Shown here in pieces: positions 1 to 15,581 of a DNA stretch of 64,000 bases. Source of the DNA: Camelus ferus (lineage: Eukaryota); contig NC_045697.1 in assembly GCF_009834535.1 (NCBI RefSeq), positions 34,474,001 to 34,538,000 of the forward strand, read 5' to 3'. How positions within the stretch are numbered: the stretch's first letter is position 1; each line of letters begins with the position of its first letter. Position numbers and translations under genes: made by a program. Below the pieces are notes generated by a model. The model saw nothing but the letters and a program-made list of their open reading frames with translations. It did no database searches and was not told where the DNA came from.

Positions 1-175
1 TAATTAAATAACCTCTGAAGCTGGCTGTAGATTTTAGAGACCTAATTCACCAATTTGATCAGAGAATGATGGTTGTTTTTGCTACAAAACAAAAAAGAAT
101 GGAAGGCTTTATCATAGCATATTCCATCTTCATGGGGTGAAATAAGGACACAACTCTATAAAACTTTTGCAAATG

Positions 176-2845
<2,670 letters not shown>

Positions 2846-5514
2846 ACTTTTGCAAATGCAAAGCTAAAAGAGCATTCAAAGAGCCTATGCAACTGAACAC
2901 TCTCTCTGCATAAGCAGTTTAACTTAGGCAGTCAAAGGAGATGTGGAATGGTTTGAAAAAACACACTTCAGTCTTTTTTCCAGAATGACAAATTGATGAC
3001 GCTGAAGAAAGAGACAGATTTCCTTAAGAGAAAGGCTAAGCTTTGAGCTGGTGGACTGAGCAGATAGGAAGGAAAAATGTGATTCTGAAGGTCTAGACAG
3101 ATACAAAGAGACAAAGAGTTACATCCAGATCTAATACTCATCATGAGACTATTAGAAAGGGGAGATGTTCTTAGCAATTACTAGATAATCCTGTATGGTT
3201 GGAACCCAAAGGAATCAAACAGGAGGAAGGGCAAGCTCTCAAAGAATAAATGAATTGAGTGTCCCCAAGGGGACAAGGACTTGAGAAATTACTGAAAGTT
3301 CCCTAAAGCTGAAGATAGTTCATTGCAAGAGCAATTAGAAAATCATGCCTTTAAGACTGGACAGCTATGTCAAGCAGCTACTGAAAATCTGGATACGCTG
3401 GAAAGGGTAAGATCTAGAAAATCAGGATAACATACATTCTCCCAGAACTCTTAAGCATCAGGTTTCATCCTGACACAGTTATTATGAAGGTACATAAGTA
3501 CTGCATGTGCACTCACTGAATATAATAGAAAATTTGTGGAATTAGAAACAAGGGAAGACACAGCAAAGATGAAACATGTTAAAAGAGTGCTGGGCAGTCC
3601 ATAATAGATTGAGTCCAAGCCAAGGTGAGAAGAGGATCTGACAGGAGAACACCTTTTGGATGGAAATTAACCAACTCAGGAGGACCATTTGAACATGGAA
3701 GCTTTTGGCAGACCCGGAATTCACTGACTTCATATTTGTGACTATAAGAGTTCTTGCAGAAGAAGCTTAGAAGAGAAAGTTAGAAAGAAAAAGATGATGA
3801 CCAGAAAGCAAAGAGAAACCAAAAGCTAGCCTGGCAAAGAGTACAAGACCTACATGGACTAGAGATGAAAAATAACCAAACTGAGAAACAGGTTGAAGGC
3901 TTTCAAATTCAGCTAAGTCTTCCTAAAGGAAAGGGGGACAAACAGAGACCAAAAAAAAAAAAAAAAAAAAGTCTAGAAAAGAAAATTATTGTTATAATTG
4001 GTAATACAGACTTTAATATGAGGAAACAATCATTCCTAGCAAGGACCACAACAACGAGGGAGGGACACGGAGGGAATCAGAGACCTCAAAAAATGTGAAA
4101 GATGATGGGGGAGGAGAAATGATCCCATCAACCTTATCCTGTGAAGAGTTTCACATGGTCCTGATCCAGAAGCAGAGACCAGAGGTACCTTGTATGTTAT
4201 CTGTGGAAACTCAGTACCTACAGTTGAATATTGAGTTGTCTTTAATCAGTTCCCAGCAGCCTCTAATTTGTCATTTTGGCTTGCTTTCCTGTCCTTAGCG
4301 TCTGTGAGACACCAAGTAAACTGAAAACAACCCCCACCCTTTGGTTTAGTCAGTTCTAAATTTTTTATAGCTTATAGAGTCCTATCAAATACAGAATACC
4401 TCCCAGAATTTTATAGGCAGTCCAGGGGATTCTGACTGAAACAGCTATTATGACCCCAAGACCACATCTGTCTCTCTCTGTCTGTCTCTCTCCCTCTCTC
4501 TCTCAGGACACTTTCTGGGAATCTACAAAACACCAAAGTGGAGCCAACAGTGTAGATTCCTAGCAAGTGTCACTTCCCTCCCCTCCTGACATGTTCTCTT
4601 TTCCAAATCTAACCGCTTCCTTTTTTTCTATCTTTCTTCAACTCTTGTTTAGCCCAGTTTAAATATATAGCTGCATTCAAAAGAAAAAGAAGGAAATTCC
4701 TAAGGGTAAGAAAAGAAGGGGAAACAAAAAAAGGCCCAGAGGAGGCAGTGTGAAAACTGATGCTAAGAGAGTCCTGGCAATAAGGGGAGAGGGGAGGGAT
4801 GGGTTATTGGACCCCCAAGTAGGTCCAGTTAGCTTGGGTCCTGGGTTTGGATGGCAAGAAAGGAACCTGAGAAAAAGCCTAAGTTAAGAGTTGGAACTGA
4901 GAGACTTGAACAAAGCCAGGATGCTCACAGGACCAATGCTCAGTGAGACGGGCAGTTAGAAAAGCTCTTCTTAATTCATCCAAAGAAAGGACTAAGAAAT
5001 CTATCCGTAAAGGGGAAAAAATAACAAGCTCTTGTGAAAAATAAAAAATTCCAAGCCTGTGTGCTGAGCAGGCTTGGGCATCAAATTTACACTATATCCA
5101 AGGTACAGAATTCTCAACCTGTGGAACAAATATAAAAATAAATCCCAGATTGGTGATGTCACTAAGTGCCAGTCAGAAGCAAACCAAAACCACTCTGCAT
5201 ATCCACTATCACTCTTCCCCACCCACCAAGATGAGCTCACAATAAAAAAAAAAAAAAAAAAAAAAAAACATGAGAAAGTGATCTGCCAAGTTGCGCTAAG
5301 AGGTAAAGGTAGAGAAATGGGCAAGCAAATAGTCCTGTCCTCAGGGAACACACAATATATCAGAGGAGAAATAGAGCAAATAGCCAGACAAATATTCAGT
5401 TAATTCCAGCTGTGATATGTGCTATACAGAGTAAGCACCTGGAAAACCTTGTGGTAATGTGAAAAATGGACATCCAAAACTGACTTCCACATTTTGTTAA
5501 AACTTAACATGTTC

Positions 5515-6351
5515 TTTGCAAATGATATGACCAATTAGGGGTTAAGATCCAAAATATATAAACAGCTCATAGAATTCAACATCAAAAAAACAAACAACCC
5601 AATTAAAAAAATGGGCAGAAGATTTGAATAGACATCTTTCCAAAGAGGACTTGCAGATGGCCAACAAGTACATGTAAACATGCTCAACATCACTAATTAT
5701 CAAGGAAATGCAAATCAAAAACACAATGAGATATCACCTTACACCTGTCAGAATGGCTATCATCAAAAGGGACACAATAACAAATGTCGGCAAGGATGCA
5801 GAGAAAAGGGAATCCTCGTACACTGTTGTTGGGAATGTAAATTGGTCCAGCTACTGTGGAAAACACTATGGAGTTTTCTCAAAAAACTAAAAATGGAACT
5901 ACTATATGACCCAGTAATTCCATTCCTGGGTATATATCTGGAAAAAAAATTCAAAAAGATACATGCTATGAACCACAATGTTCACAGCAGGATTATTTTA
6001 CAATTGCCAAGATATGGAAACAACCTAAGTGATACCACTTACATGTGGAATATAAAAAATACAACAAACTAGTGAATATGAGGACACAGAAACAGACTCA
6101 CAGATATAGAGAACAAACTAGCGGTTACCAGTGGGGAGAGGAAGGGGCAGTATAAGAGTAGAGAATTAAGAGGTACAAACTATTATGTATAAAATAAGCC
6201 ACAAGGATCTACTGTACAACCCAGGGAATATAGTCAATTTCATAATAAATAAATGGAGTATAGCCTTTAAAAATTGTGAATCCCTATGTTGTACATCTAT
6301 AACTTATATAATATTATACATCAAGTATACTTCAAACAAACAAACCCAAAA
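5515..6351 (+). mobile_element. 5'-truncated LINE-1 3' end
   Basis: L1 ORF2 C-terminal peptide ([13 protein letters not shown]), L1 3'UTR and A-rich tail. TSD AACATGTTC at 5506-5514 and 6352-6360. Confidence 0.9.
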
Positions 6352-7138
6352 AACATGTTCAACTTAACTACAACAGAGAGCAGTCTAATACTGAAAATAC
6401 TTCAATGACAAGGAGCATTAATGAATGTCTATTTACAGGCACTCAAAACTGAATTACTAGAATTAGGATTTCAGTCATAATGATTTATCTTCCCAGCTTC
6501 TTTCCACTGCTTGTTTCCAATGTTTTTAATGTTAGTACATATTCACATTATACAAGGAGTTGAATGTTCACTATTTACGAGAGTCACAAAGAATTACTTA
6601 ACATTCCCTAAGTTATAAAGAAGCTGATGGTGAAAGAAAAAAGCTTTTTGAGAGTATAGATCCCATTGGTCCATTCACTGTGTTTTTAAATTTTGTTCTG
6701 ACATCTTTCCACAGTTAGTATTCCCAAGTAATAAAGCATACTGAAAATAATGTGCTAAAGTTGTCTGCACTCTGAAACAAAAACAAACATTATGAATGAT
6801 AAATGCTTTAAAATATTTTAAGATATGTACAATATTATGGATATATCTAATTTACTTATGAAAAGGCAAACCTGGATCCAAATGAAGACAAACTAATGAA
6901 AAGGTGTCTTTAAATGTTCAATAATTGTCTAACCTTGATGTATTATAATTGTGAGTTACATGATTATAAATAACCCTGTTTTCAATTGCAGAAGTTAGAA
7001 AATATTCTCCTTTTGGAAATATAATAATAGATTGTGTACTAACAGTATACTAATTGTTTACTGTTTTCAAAAAAAAGTTGCTAAAAGGTTGGTGATTACA
7101 AATAAAACTTTGTTAGTGTAAATACAAAACTTCTTTTA

Positions 7139-7253
7139 TTTATTTATTTTTTTTGAGAATAGAAAAGGAGTTTATTAGGTGATGCTGCCATAGACAACAG
7201 TAGACCACACAGACAAAAGGTGCCTGTGTGTGCCCTGAGGGTCAGTTTTTCCG
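7139..7253 (-). mobile_element. Short poly(A)-tailed retroposed element, copy 1
   Basis: Perfect TSD AAACTTCTTTTA at 7127-7138 and 7254-7265. Minus-strand AATAAA (7171-7176) followed by an A-rich tail. Homologous to 59011-59098. Confidence 0.85.
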
Positions 7254-7289
7254 AAACTTCTTTTAACTCTCCTGCAATTATCAAACAAA

Positions 7290-8850
7290 ATCTGTTTACT
7301 TTTCTTCCTTTTTAAAAAATTTCAAACAACCACACATTTATAGAAAAGTTGGAAGTACAATAAATACAAAGAGCTTTTTTCTGAACCATTTCATACTAAG
7401 TTACTGACTGGATTCCCTATCACTCTGGAATATGTTACTGATTATTTCCAACAAACAAGGACATTCTCCTACTTGAGGAAATTCCGTTGTTACGTTGCTA
7501 CCAACTAATTCTAAGAACCCATTCCAGCCTGGCCAACAGTCCCAAGACTACCCCTTGAACCAAAAGGATGTAACTTAGAATCACATATTACTCTAAATCT
7601 ACACGCCTCTTTAGTCTCCTTCAATCTTCCTTCCACTTCCATGACTTGGACACTTTCGTAAATTACAGGTCAGTTATATGGTAGAAGGTTCCTTAGTTGT
7701 GGTTTCAATTAAATTCAGACATCTTTAGCAAAAATACCACAAGAGCAATACTACTCACTTCTCATTGTGTCCTATTAATTTTTCCCTTTACTAATGATAA
7801 TCACATCAATCATGTGATAAAGACAGTGACTTACCAAGCCTCCCCACTGTAACATTACTCTCCCCACCACCCGTGTAATCAAGTATTCTGCACTGATATA
7901 TTAAAATTATGTAAATATTCCATCCCTTCAAACTTCCACTTTATTCTTTTATTGACATATGCATGGACTCTTGGAATCCTATTTTATTCAATGGTTTATA
8001 ATCTGTATTATCATTACTTATTTTGATGCTTAATTGCCCTCCATTTGGCCAGTGGGGGCCAATTCAAGCTGGCTTCTGTGTCCTTTGAACATGCCCACAC
8101 TTTGAGTACTTCCTTGCTTTCTCGAGCAAGATGTTTTGGATGCATCTTGTACTTTCCTTGTCTGGCCCTTGGAATTAGCCATTTCTCCAAGGAACCTGGT
8201 TTCTTTTTGCAGAAAATGGTATTTAAAACCCAGATCTGTGTGCCCCTTCATCCTCACAGGCTATGCTCATTGCTCTTAGCTTGTGGCTGCTCCCAGTCCC
8301 TCTCTACAAACAGAGCTGGAGGGGAAAACTTGTTTATGCAGTGTGCACTCGTGTGTACACAAACACATATACAGACACTCACATTTATATTTAATTCTAC
8401 ATCTTTTTAAGTTGAAATGTATACATTCACACTCATATCTCCAATTTCAATCCTATCAGGGTTATAAATCTAGTTTTCTGCCTATCTATATTTTTAACTC
8501 CTGTTCCCAGCAAGAAGAAATCTGGCTTGTTCTGAGCTTATGTGATCAGGCTCCTAGTCTGTAAGGAATCTCCCACAGTCCCGACCACATCTCCCACGCG
8601 CGTGCCACGCTCACCCTGCCAAGAGCTCCGACATCCCCCCCGGGTTGCTGGGTGTCCCTATCTTCCTCACCCTGCTTAGCCCTGACCTCCACCCTACCTG
8701 GGCTCGTCTGCGACCCGCAGGCCACCCCTCCACGGTGACGCTGTCCTCACCCTGCGGGCTCTAGACCATTGCACTGCCCCTCCCCGCACCTCGGAGCCCG
8801 CCTTGCTCCGCCCACAGAAGATTCAGGACTCAGCTGTTCAGCAAGGGGCG
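7290..8850 (-). mobile_element. Ancient L1 (L1MC/L1ME-like) 3' region
   Basis: Degenerate old-L1 3'UTR motifs (tttggccagtggggg...ttcaagctggcttctgtgtcctttgaacatg; ttagccatttctccaaggaacctggtt; repeated ctcaccctgc). Boundaries approximate. Confidence 0.6.
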
Positions 8851-9577
8851 AGGAAAAGGAGAATCTGCACAAAGGTTTGAGGTCTGTAGAAAGCAATCGA
8901 TGTTACTATTCTCACTTACAACACTTATAAAAAAGGACTAAAACGACAAGATCTAGATCTTTCAGCCTTCTCTGCCTCTGTGAAGTCAGTAGGTTGTGAG
9001 GATGTGCATTGCTTGCGTTGAATGTTTAATATTCCAGCAGCCAGACCATCGCAGAAGCGCTGTGTTCATTACTTGCCTGCCATCAGAGTCTACTAACGGG
9101 GAAAAGCCAAGTTGGAGAATGTCTTATATTTTCCCTCTGTCTTGGAGAAATGTGAGTAGGTAAACAACAAACCTTTTCAAAGAAAAGTCCACTTTTACAA
9201 ATTAAACAAGAATAATACTTTTTTTTAATGGTTTTAAATTTGAATTTAAAAAACTAAAATTGTTATCCCACGGGTTTCGTTTACTTCCTATATGGAGGAA
9301 AAAATAATTTTTCTAGAAAGAAGATATTTCTCATCTGTTGGGAAAGCTGCTCTTTAAGGAAGGAGGGGAGTTTGCCCGCTTTTAGGAGTTTTTGACACAA
9401 AATGATTGGAGAATATTGTTAAGTTAGGAGTATATACTTCTTACCTAAGGAGCATTTTTTCCTTCTTGTTGACATTTAGCCTACGGAGGTAAAGTAAAAG
9501 CAATACCAACAAAACAGCAATACCAAAAAAAAAAAAACCCCAAAAAACAAAACAAAGCACAAAACAAAGACCACGAC

Positions 9578-9608
9578 GGGGGGTGGGGGGGGGCGAGGGG
9601 GCGGGGGG
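9578..9608 (+). other. G-quadruplex-forming motif
   Basis: G6-T-G9-CGA-G5-C-G6: four G runs of at least 5 with loops of 1-3 nt. Confidence 0.7.
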
Positions 9609-10174
9609 TGTGGAGCCGGTCTCTAAAGTTTGGCCGAACTCTCCTATAGAATGAAACTGAACAAACGCAGCCATTCCTGGCTTGATCCTCCCTCCCCCGC
9701 CCCCACGCCCGGAATTGGCCACCCCAAGTGGGCAGCTGGGGGTGAGAGCTTTCAGGGGCCTCCCCAGAGCTTTTTTTAACCTGGTATTTTCTGCTTATAG
9801 ACTTTCCACTGGGGCAGCCCCAGGTCCGGGGGATTCACTTCAGCTGGGAAATCTGAGAAGTCAGCTGGCCCGTGGCAAAGGAGGTATTTTTAGCTGAGAC
9901 TTGGGGATCTCGGGATTTGTCATCTACTTTAGGCCTTAGGGGGGGAGACACTAAACAGAGCCAAGCACGGGGAACGGGGAGCCGAAGCCGGTGCTGACTC
10001 TCCTGTATCTTAGCAACGACTGCTGAGCTCACCTCGGAAGAGGATCCTGTGTGGGCCCTGGTCAGGGAGAGTCTCCTCAGCCACAGTGCTGCACCTCCGC
10101 GTGGAGGCCAAGCCCAGAAGCCCCTCCTTCAGGCCACATACTGGGAGGGGCTCTCCTTTAACAGCTCCCTGCCT

Positions 10175-10350
10175 ACCTGCCCACCGGCCTGCCTGCTGCA
10201 TCTGCATCACCTGGCACTTGTTAGAAATGCAAATCCGGGGGCCCCATCTACTAAGTCGGAAACTCTGGCAGTGGGGCCCAGTGATCTGCGGTGCATCGGG
10301 CCCCGCAGGTGATTCTCATGCACGCTCCTCTTGGAGAATTACTGGCCTAA
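10175..10350. mobile_element. MER5-like hAT-Charlie MITE
   Basis: gcatcacctggcacttgttagaaatgcaaat...ggtgattctcatgcacgc...tggagaattactgg resembles the MER5A consensus as I recall it. Confidence 0.7.
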
Positions 10351-10814
10351 TCACACATTCACTAACGTTCCTAGATAAAGGTGTAAGAGCAAAACTTTAT
10401 CCCTATCAAACCCACGTGGCAGTACATCTTTTTAAATTAAAATAGGCTTTATTTTTACCACATTTCTTAGATTTACAAAAACATTGAGCAGATAGTAAAG
10501 AGAGCTAATTTTTTCTAAACCATTTTTTTGCCCCTGGGTACCTTACCCTAATGTGAAAAACCACTCCCCCACGTTCATCCTCCAGGGCAGTGATAAGACA
10601 CCAGCTGAGTTTTACTATCAAAGGCTGCAATTGAGTCAGAGTAAGAAACAGCCCCCAGTCCTCAGGGAGGATGGCAGTCATGCTCAGCAATCCTAGGATG
10701 ACTGTACCTGGGCACCCAGGCCAAGATACCAGGAAGTCAACTGAAATTGTCTAAGATGATGTAGACAGGGGACGCCTTCTCAAAGGAATCTTGGCGATAT
10801 TAGAGAATTAGCAA

Positions 10815-11345
10815 TGAATTAGCTTCCTGTGGCTGCTGACACAAAATGATTGGAGAATATAGTTAGGAGTATATATTTCATAACAAATTACTACCATGGC
10901 TTATAACACAGATTTACTTCTCTCACAGCTCTGGAGGTCAGAAGTCTTAAATCAGTTCCACTGGGCTAAAGTCAAAGTGTCTCATCAGGGCTGCTTCCTT
11001 CTGAAGGCTCCGAGGAGAGGGTTTGTTTTCTTGCCTTTTTTCAGCTTAGTGGCTGTCTGTCTGTATTCCTCGGCTGGTGACCCTTCCTGCATCTTCAAAG
11101 CACATCTCTCCAACCTCTATATCCATCATCTCATTGCCTTCTCCTAACTCTGACCCTCCTGCCTCTCTCTAATAAGGACATTGTGTTTATATCAGTTCCT
11201 CCCAGAAAATCTAGGGTAATCTCCCCATGTCAAAATCTGAACCAATCACATCTGCAGAATCCCTTTTGCCATATAAGGTAGCATTCATAGGTCCTGAGGA
11301 TTAGAATGTGGATATATTTGGGGGTCCACTATTCAACTGACCACA
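10815..11345 (-). mobile_element. MLT1 (ERVL-MaLR) solo LTR
   Basis: Starts tgaattagcttcctgtggctgct, contains ctctcacagctctggaggtcagaagtc, ends ggggtccactattcaactgaccaca. Confidence 0.8.
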
Positions 11346-11353
11346 CTTCATCT

Positions 11354-11650
11354 GGCCCTGTCCCATCCAATACAGTAGAGACACTGGCCACAAGTGACTA
11401 TTGAGCACTTGAAATGTCACTCATCTGAATTGAGATGTGCTGCTGAGAATATTGAAATTTAAAGACTTGGTATGCAAAAAAAAAGTAACATATTTCATTA
11501 ATAATTTTTATATTGATTCCATATGAAAATTATAAAATCTTAGATACAGTGAGTCAAATAAAATTAAGTTGAGCTGGGTTTGTGTGTGTGTGTGGCTTGT
11601 TTGTTTGCATTCTTAAAGGTAGCTACTAGTCAATTTTAAATTACACATTA
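11354..11650. mobile_element. MER3/MER33-like hAT-Charlie element
   Basis: tccaatacagtag...ggccacaagtgactattgagcacttgaaatgt motif. Confidence 0.65.
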
Positions 11651-13310
11651 AAAAATTTAAATTATGTATTATTATTTAAATTATTATTTTTTTATTTCTT
11701 AACTGTGAACACAGAAGCATGTGTATCCTACCTAGCTACTTAAGGAAGAGGACTTTTATCCTGTGTCAATATCCTCCTCAGCTCTACGCAGAGGCGGACC
11801 TGGCTCCCAGCTTGATGCTGGACCATCTGTTGAAAGGCCCCTAACACCAATGACTCTCTCTCCCCACCCTTTCCACCACCCACAAACTGCCGGCCTAGAT
11901 GAAATGCTCAGATCTGACTTACAGCCAGAGAAGATAGCCCCAGACAAACCTGGGTTCCGGTGAGCAGAGTTCCTCCACTCAGTCTTCCTTGCAGTTGAAC
12001 AGGTCATTTTGCACTTTGGCAGAGGCCCCTGTAAGAACTGGCCAAGAACCACAAAGAAGGAAGCAGACATCAAGGTCAGCTAGGCTGCCCCTCACCCAGA
12101 CAGCACTTCTCGACTGCTGGAAAAGGAGGAGGGAAGGAAAAAGTAAAAGAGTACAATGTGCTGCTCATGTTCCCTGCAATAGGAAAATCTCAGCTTTAAG
12201 ATCTAGAACGACCCCTGGAGAGTGTCTAGTTTGACTACCTCATTTTACACCAGAGGAAACTATGATCGAAAAGGTTAACTGACTTCTGTAAGGTCTCCCG
12301 GCAACTTAGTATCAAAGACGAGAGTTGTCACTTCTGATTTTTGTCCAACTTGGACAAAATTGTTGTAAAGGAGCGTAGAGAAGTGTTAAGTGAAATTACA
12401 CAGCTTTGATTTCCAAACCACGCTAGAAAGGAGCAGCCCCTGGCTTACAGGAAGAGGCTCTGTAATAGGCACACAAAGGGGAAAATCATCTACAGTCAAA
12501 AGAATCCTTGGAAATCCTTAGGAAAGTGCCACATTGGAGACCAAGATAACTTCTGTCTGTGAATCCCACACAGTCAGTTTTTCCAGAGATGGAACAGGCT
12601 CAGCAGCTGAGTGCCAGATGAAATTAATTGCTTGAAGTTAGAGGACAAAAAGGCACGAAGCTTTAAACACAGGCTCACACATAGGACTACAAGCTGGATA
12701 CATACAAAAGGCACCAGAGTTCTGAAATTAACAGCAGAGTCCCTTCTCTTATCTCACCCTCTCACTCCAGGGCACTGAACAGAATGGCAGGCAGAGAGAC
12801 TCATACCCCTTCAACGGGTCTCTCTCTTCCCTGCACTCCTGATTTAGTGTTCACTGCTTAAGTTAGAAACCAAGTTTCACAAGTGCATGAATCTCTATCT
12901 ATTTTGTCACTGAGGAATCCCAAGAGCCTAGGACTGTGCCTGGCACAGAAACGTTCGTTGAATCAATGGGTGAACCTAGTCGTCTTTTCATCCAGGCTAT
13001 GTAGTAGTTGAAGTCTCATAAGATGATATTTTGTTATAGCACATGGCTCTTAACCTTTTGGGGGGGTTATGTTGCCCTAGCCAGAAAAAATCACATTGAA
13101 CTGTTCATAGGGATTGTTCAGTACTTGTGGGGTTCATGGAGCCCAAAATTAAAATTTCCTGGTGCTATCAATTCTTAATATGCTGTGCTGACACTTGAGC
13201 TGAATGATCTCCACGGCTTTGGAGAGACTGACATTGTTTACTTTCATAGCTGCATAAGGACTTTTCTTTAAAACTCCCCTCAGTGCTGCAAACAAAAGGT
13301 AGTCTTCAAA

Positions 13311-13903
13311 ACTCCAATTTAAAAAGATACATGCACCCTAATGTTCATAGCAACAGTATTTACAATAGCCAAGACGTGGAAGCAACTTACATGTCCATCG
13401 ACAGACAACTGGATAAAGAAGATGTGGTATATTTATACAATGGAATACTATTCACCATAAAAAAGAATGAAATAATTGTCATTTGCAGCAACATGGATGG
13501 ACCTAGAGATTATCACACTAAGTGAAGTAAGTCAGACAGAGAAAGCCAAATGCCATACGATATCACTTATATGTAGAATCTTAAAAAAAAAATGACACAA
13601 ATGAACTTATTTACAAAAGAGAAAGAGACTCACAGACATAGAAACAAACTTATGGTTACCAAAAGGGAAGGACGGGACAGGGATAAATTGGGAGTTTGGG
13701 ATTAGCAGATACAAACTACTATATGAAGAATAGATAAACAACAAGGTCCTACTATATAATACAGGGAACTGTATTCAATACATTATAAGAACCTATAGTA
13801 AAAACGAATATGAAAAAGAATATATATGTATAAAACTGAATCACTATGCTGCACACCAGAAATTAACCCAACACTGTAAATCGACTATACTTCAATTAAA
13901 AAA
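13311..13903 (+). mobile_element. 5'-truncated LINE-1 3' end
   Basis: aaaagatacatgcacccta...gactatacttcaattaaaaaa, the same 3' terminus as the L1 ending at 2845. Flanking repeat AAAAGGTAGTCTTCAAA (13294-13310) / AAAAGGTACTCTTTAAA (14004-14020). Confidence 0.9.
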
Positions 13904-13908
13904 CGGTC

Positions 13909-14007
13909 GGGGTGGTGGCTATAGCTCAGTAGTAGAGCACACGCTTAGCACACATGAGGTCCTGTGTTCTATCCACAGTACCTCCATTTAAAAAAAAAAA
14001 AAAAAAA
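13909..14007 (+). mobile_element. Vic-1-type camelid tRNA-Ala-derived SINE
   Basis: tagctcagtagtagagc...cttagca...cagtacctcca followed by poly(A). Degenerate B box. Confidence 0.85.
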
Positions 14008-14756
14008 GGTACTCTTTAAATGTTGTCAGCCCAAAGGCTCAAAGGGAGGCTAGGCCTAGGCTAAGCTCAAACAAGCAGCACCAAAATGACCTTCGCAACC
14101 CACTGCTATATTTTCTGCCTTACTCCTAAGCCAGTCCATTGGCTGACTAGCCCTTTCCCACAGATGTCTTCTTGAGCTGCATACAGAGCTTTGGCACTGA
14201 TAATGAATGGCCAGATGGGTCATCTACAGGACCATGCTGGATCCCCAGCCAGCCCTATCAAGCACTGACATTGAGCTTGTCACCACCAGCTCTGCTGGTT
14301 TGGACATGCAGACAAGTATGGCAGGAGAATATTCAAACAGCTGCTGTAAGGTGAGCTGATGAGGGCAACTGCCAGCAGGCAGAGGGGAAAACATAATTTA
14401 CAGGCAGCCTTCAGCATTGCTCAGAGCTGAGCAAAGGCTGCTGCAGAACGCTCAGGGACGCGGGGGACAGACACAGCCGTGCTCCAGGACAACAGCAGCT
14501 CTTTCTGAGCAAACAGAAAGAAGAAGAGACTGGATACAGGGCTGGGGACAGTGACAGGATAAGGAAAGGGCAACCGATTCAGCAATCCAAAAGTACTCCA
14601 TGCCCACGTGGAAAGCGCACATAGTCTCCCAACCTGCACGGTGACTGTCTGCCCTAAGAATAATGAACATTCTGGACTATGCTCTACAGTTGATTTAGCA
14701 AAGTTCCAGAAACAGAATAAACTCGAGGCAGGGAAAGGATTACCTATTGATGCATC

Positions 14757-15581
14757 TGTACTGGCTTGAATAGTGTCCCTCAAAGATTCATGTCCATCAG
14801 AACCTCAGAATGTGACCTTACTTGGAAATAGGGTCTTTTCACACAAAGGAAGTACATATCGTATCCATGCATTGATATAAATCCTTAGAAAATGCAAACT
14901 AATCTATAGTGACAGAAATGAGACAAGAGGTTGCCTGACATTGTGGAGGCAGAGATGGGTGAGAGGGATATTTTAAAAGGCACAAAGAAGTTGCAGGGGG
15001 TGATGGTTATATTCATTATATTGACAATGATGGTGGTTTTGTGGGTGTATGCATATGTCAAAACATATGAAAGTATACACGTAAAATATATGCAATTTAT
15101 TATAAGTCAATTACACCGTAATAAAGCTGTATTAAAGGAGGAAGAGGGTCCAGTTGTTGACTTATCAGGTCATGCTAACTGATGAAATAAAAAAACAAAA
15201 CAAGAAAACAAAATAGATGGATCTTTGCCTTTGGAATTAGTTACGGTGATATCATACTGGATTAGGGTGAGCCAAAATCCAGTATGACTGGTGTCCTTAA
15301 AATAAGAGAGAACACAGAGACACAGGGAAGGAGGCCGTGTGACTAAAGAGGCCAGGATTGGAGGGCTGCAGCTGTAAGCCAAATGCCGCGGATGGCCAGC
15401 AAGTGCCAGAAGCTAGGGAGAGCAGAGGAAGGCTTCTTCCCTAGAGCCTTCAAGGGACACGGCCCTGCAGACATTGCTGTTGGACTTGCAGCCTCCAGAA
15501 CTGTGAGCAAATACATTCCCAGCGTTTCAAGCCACCAGTTCATTTGTATAACTTGCTAAAGCAGCCCTAGGAAACTACACA
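14757..15581 (+). mobile_element. MLT1 solo LTR interrupted by an old L1 3' fragment (~14845-15135)
   Basis: LTR start tgtactggcttgaatagtgtccc...ggaaatagggtcttt resumes near 15235 (ggattagggtgagcc) and ends gcagccctaggaaactacaca. The intervening segment has L1M 3'UTR motifs (aaactaatctatagtgacagaaa...aataaagctg). Confidence 0.75.

Noticed and set aside
9441..9722. 93-aa minus ORF with a TM-like hydrophobic stretch
   Set aside because: The hydrophobic and proline runs come from A-rich and G-rich low-complexity tracts, and the frame is out of phase with CORIN exon 2.
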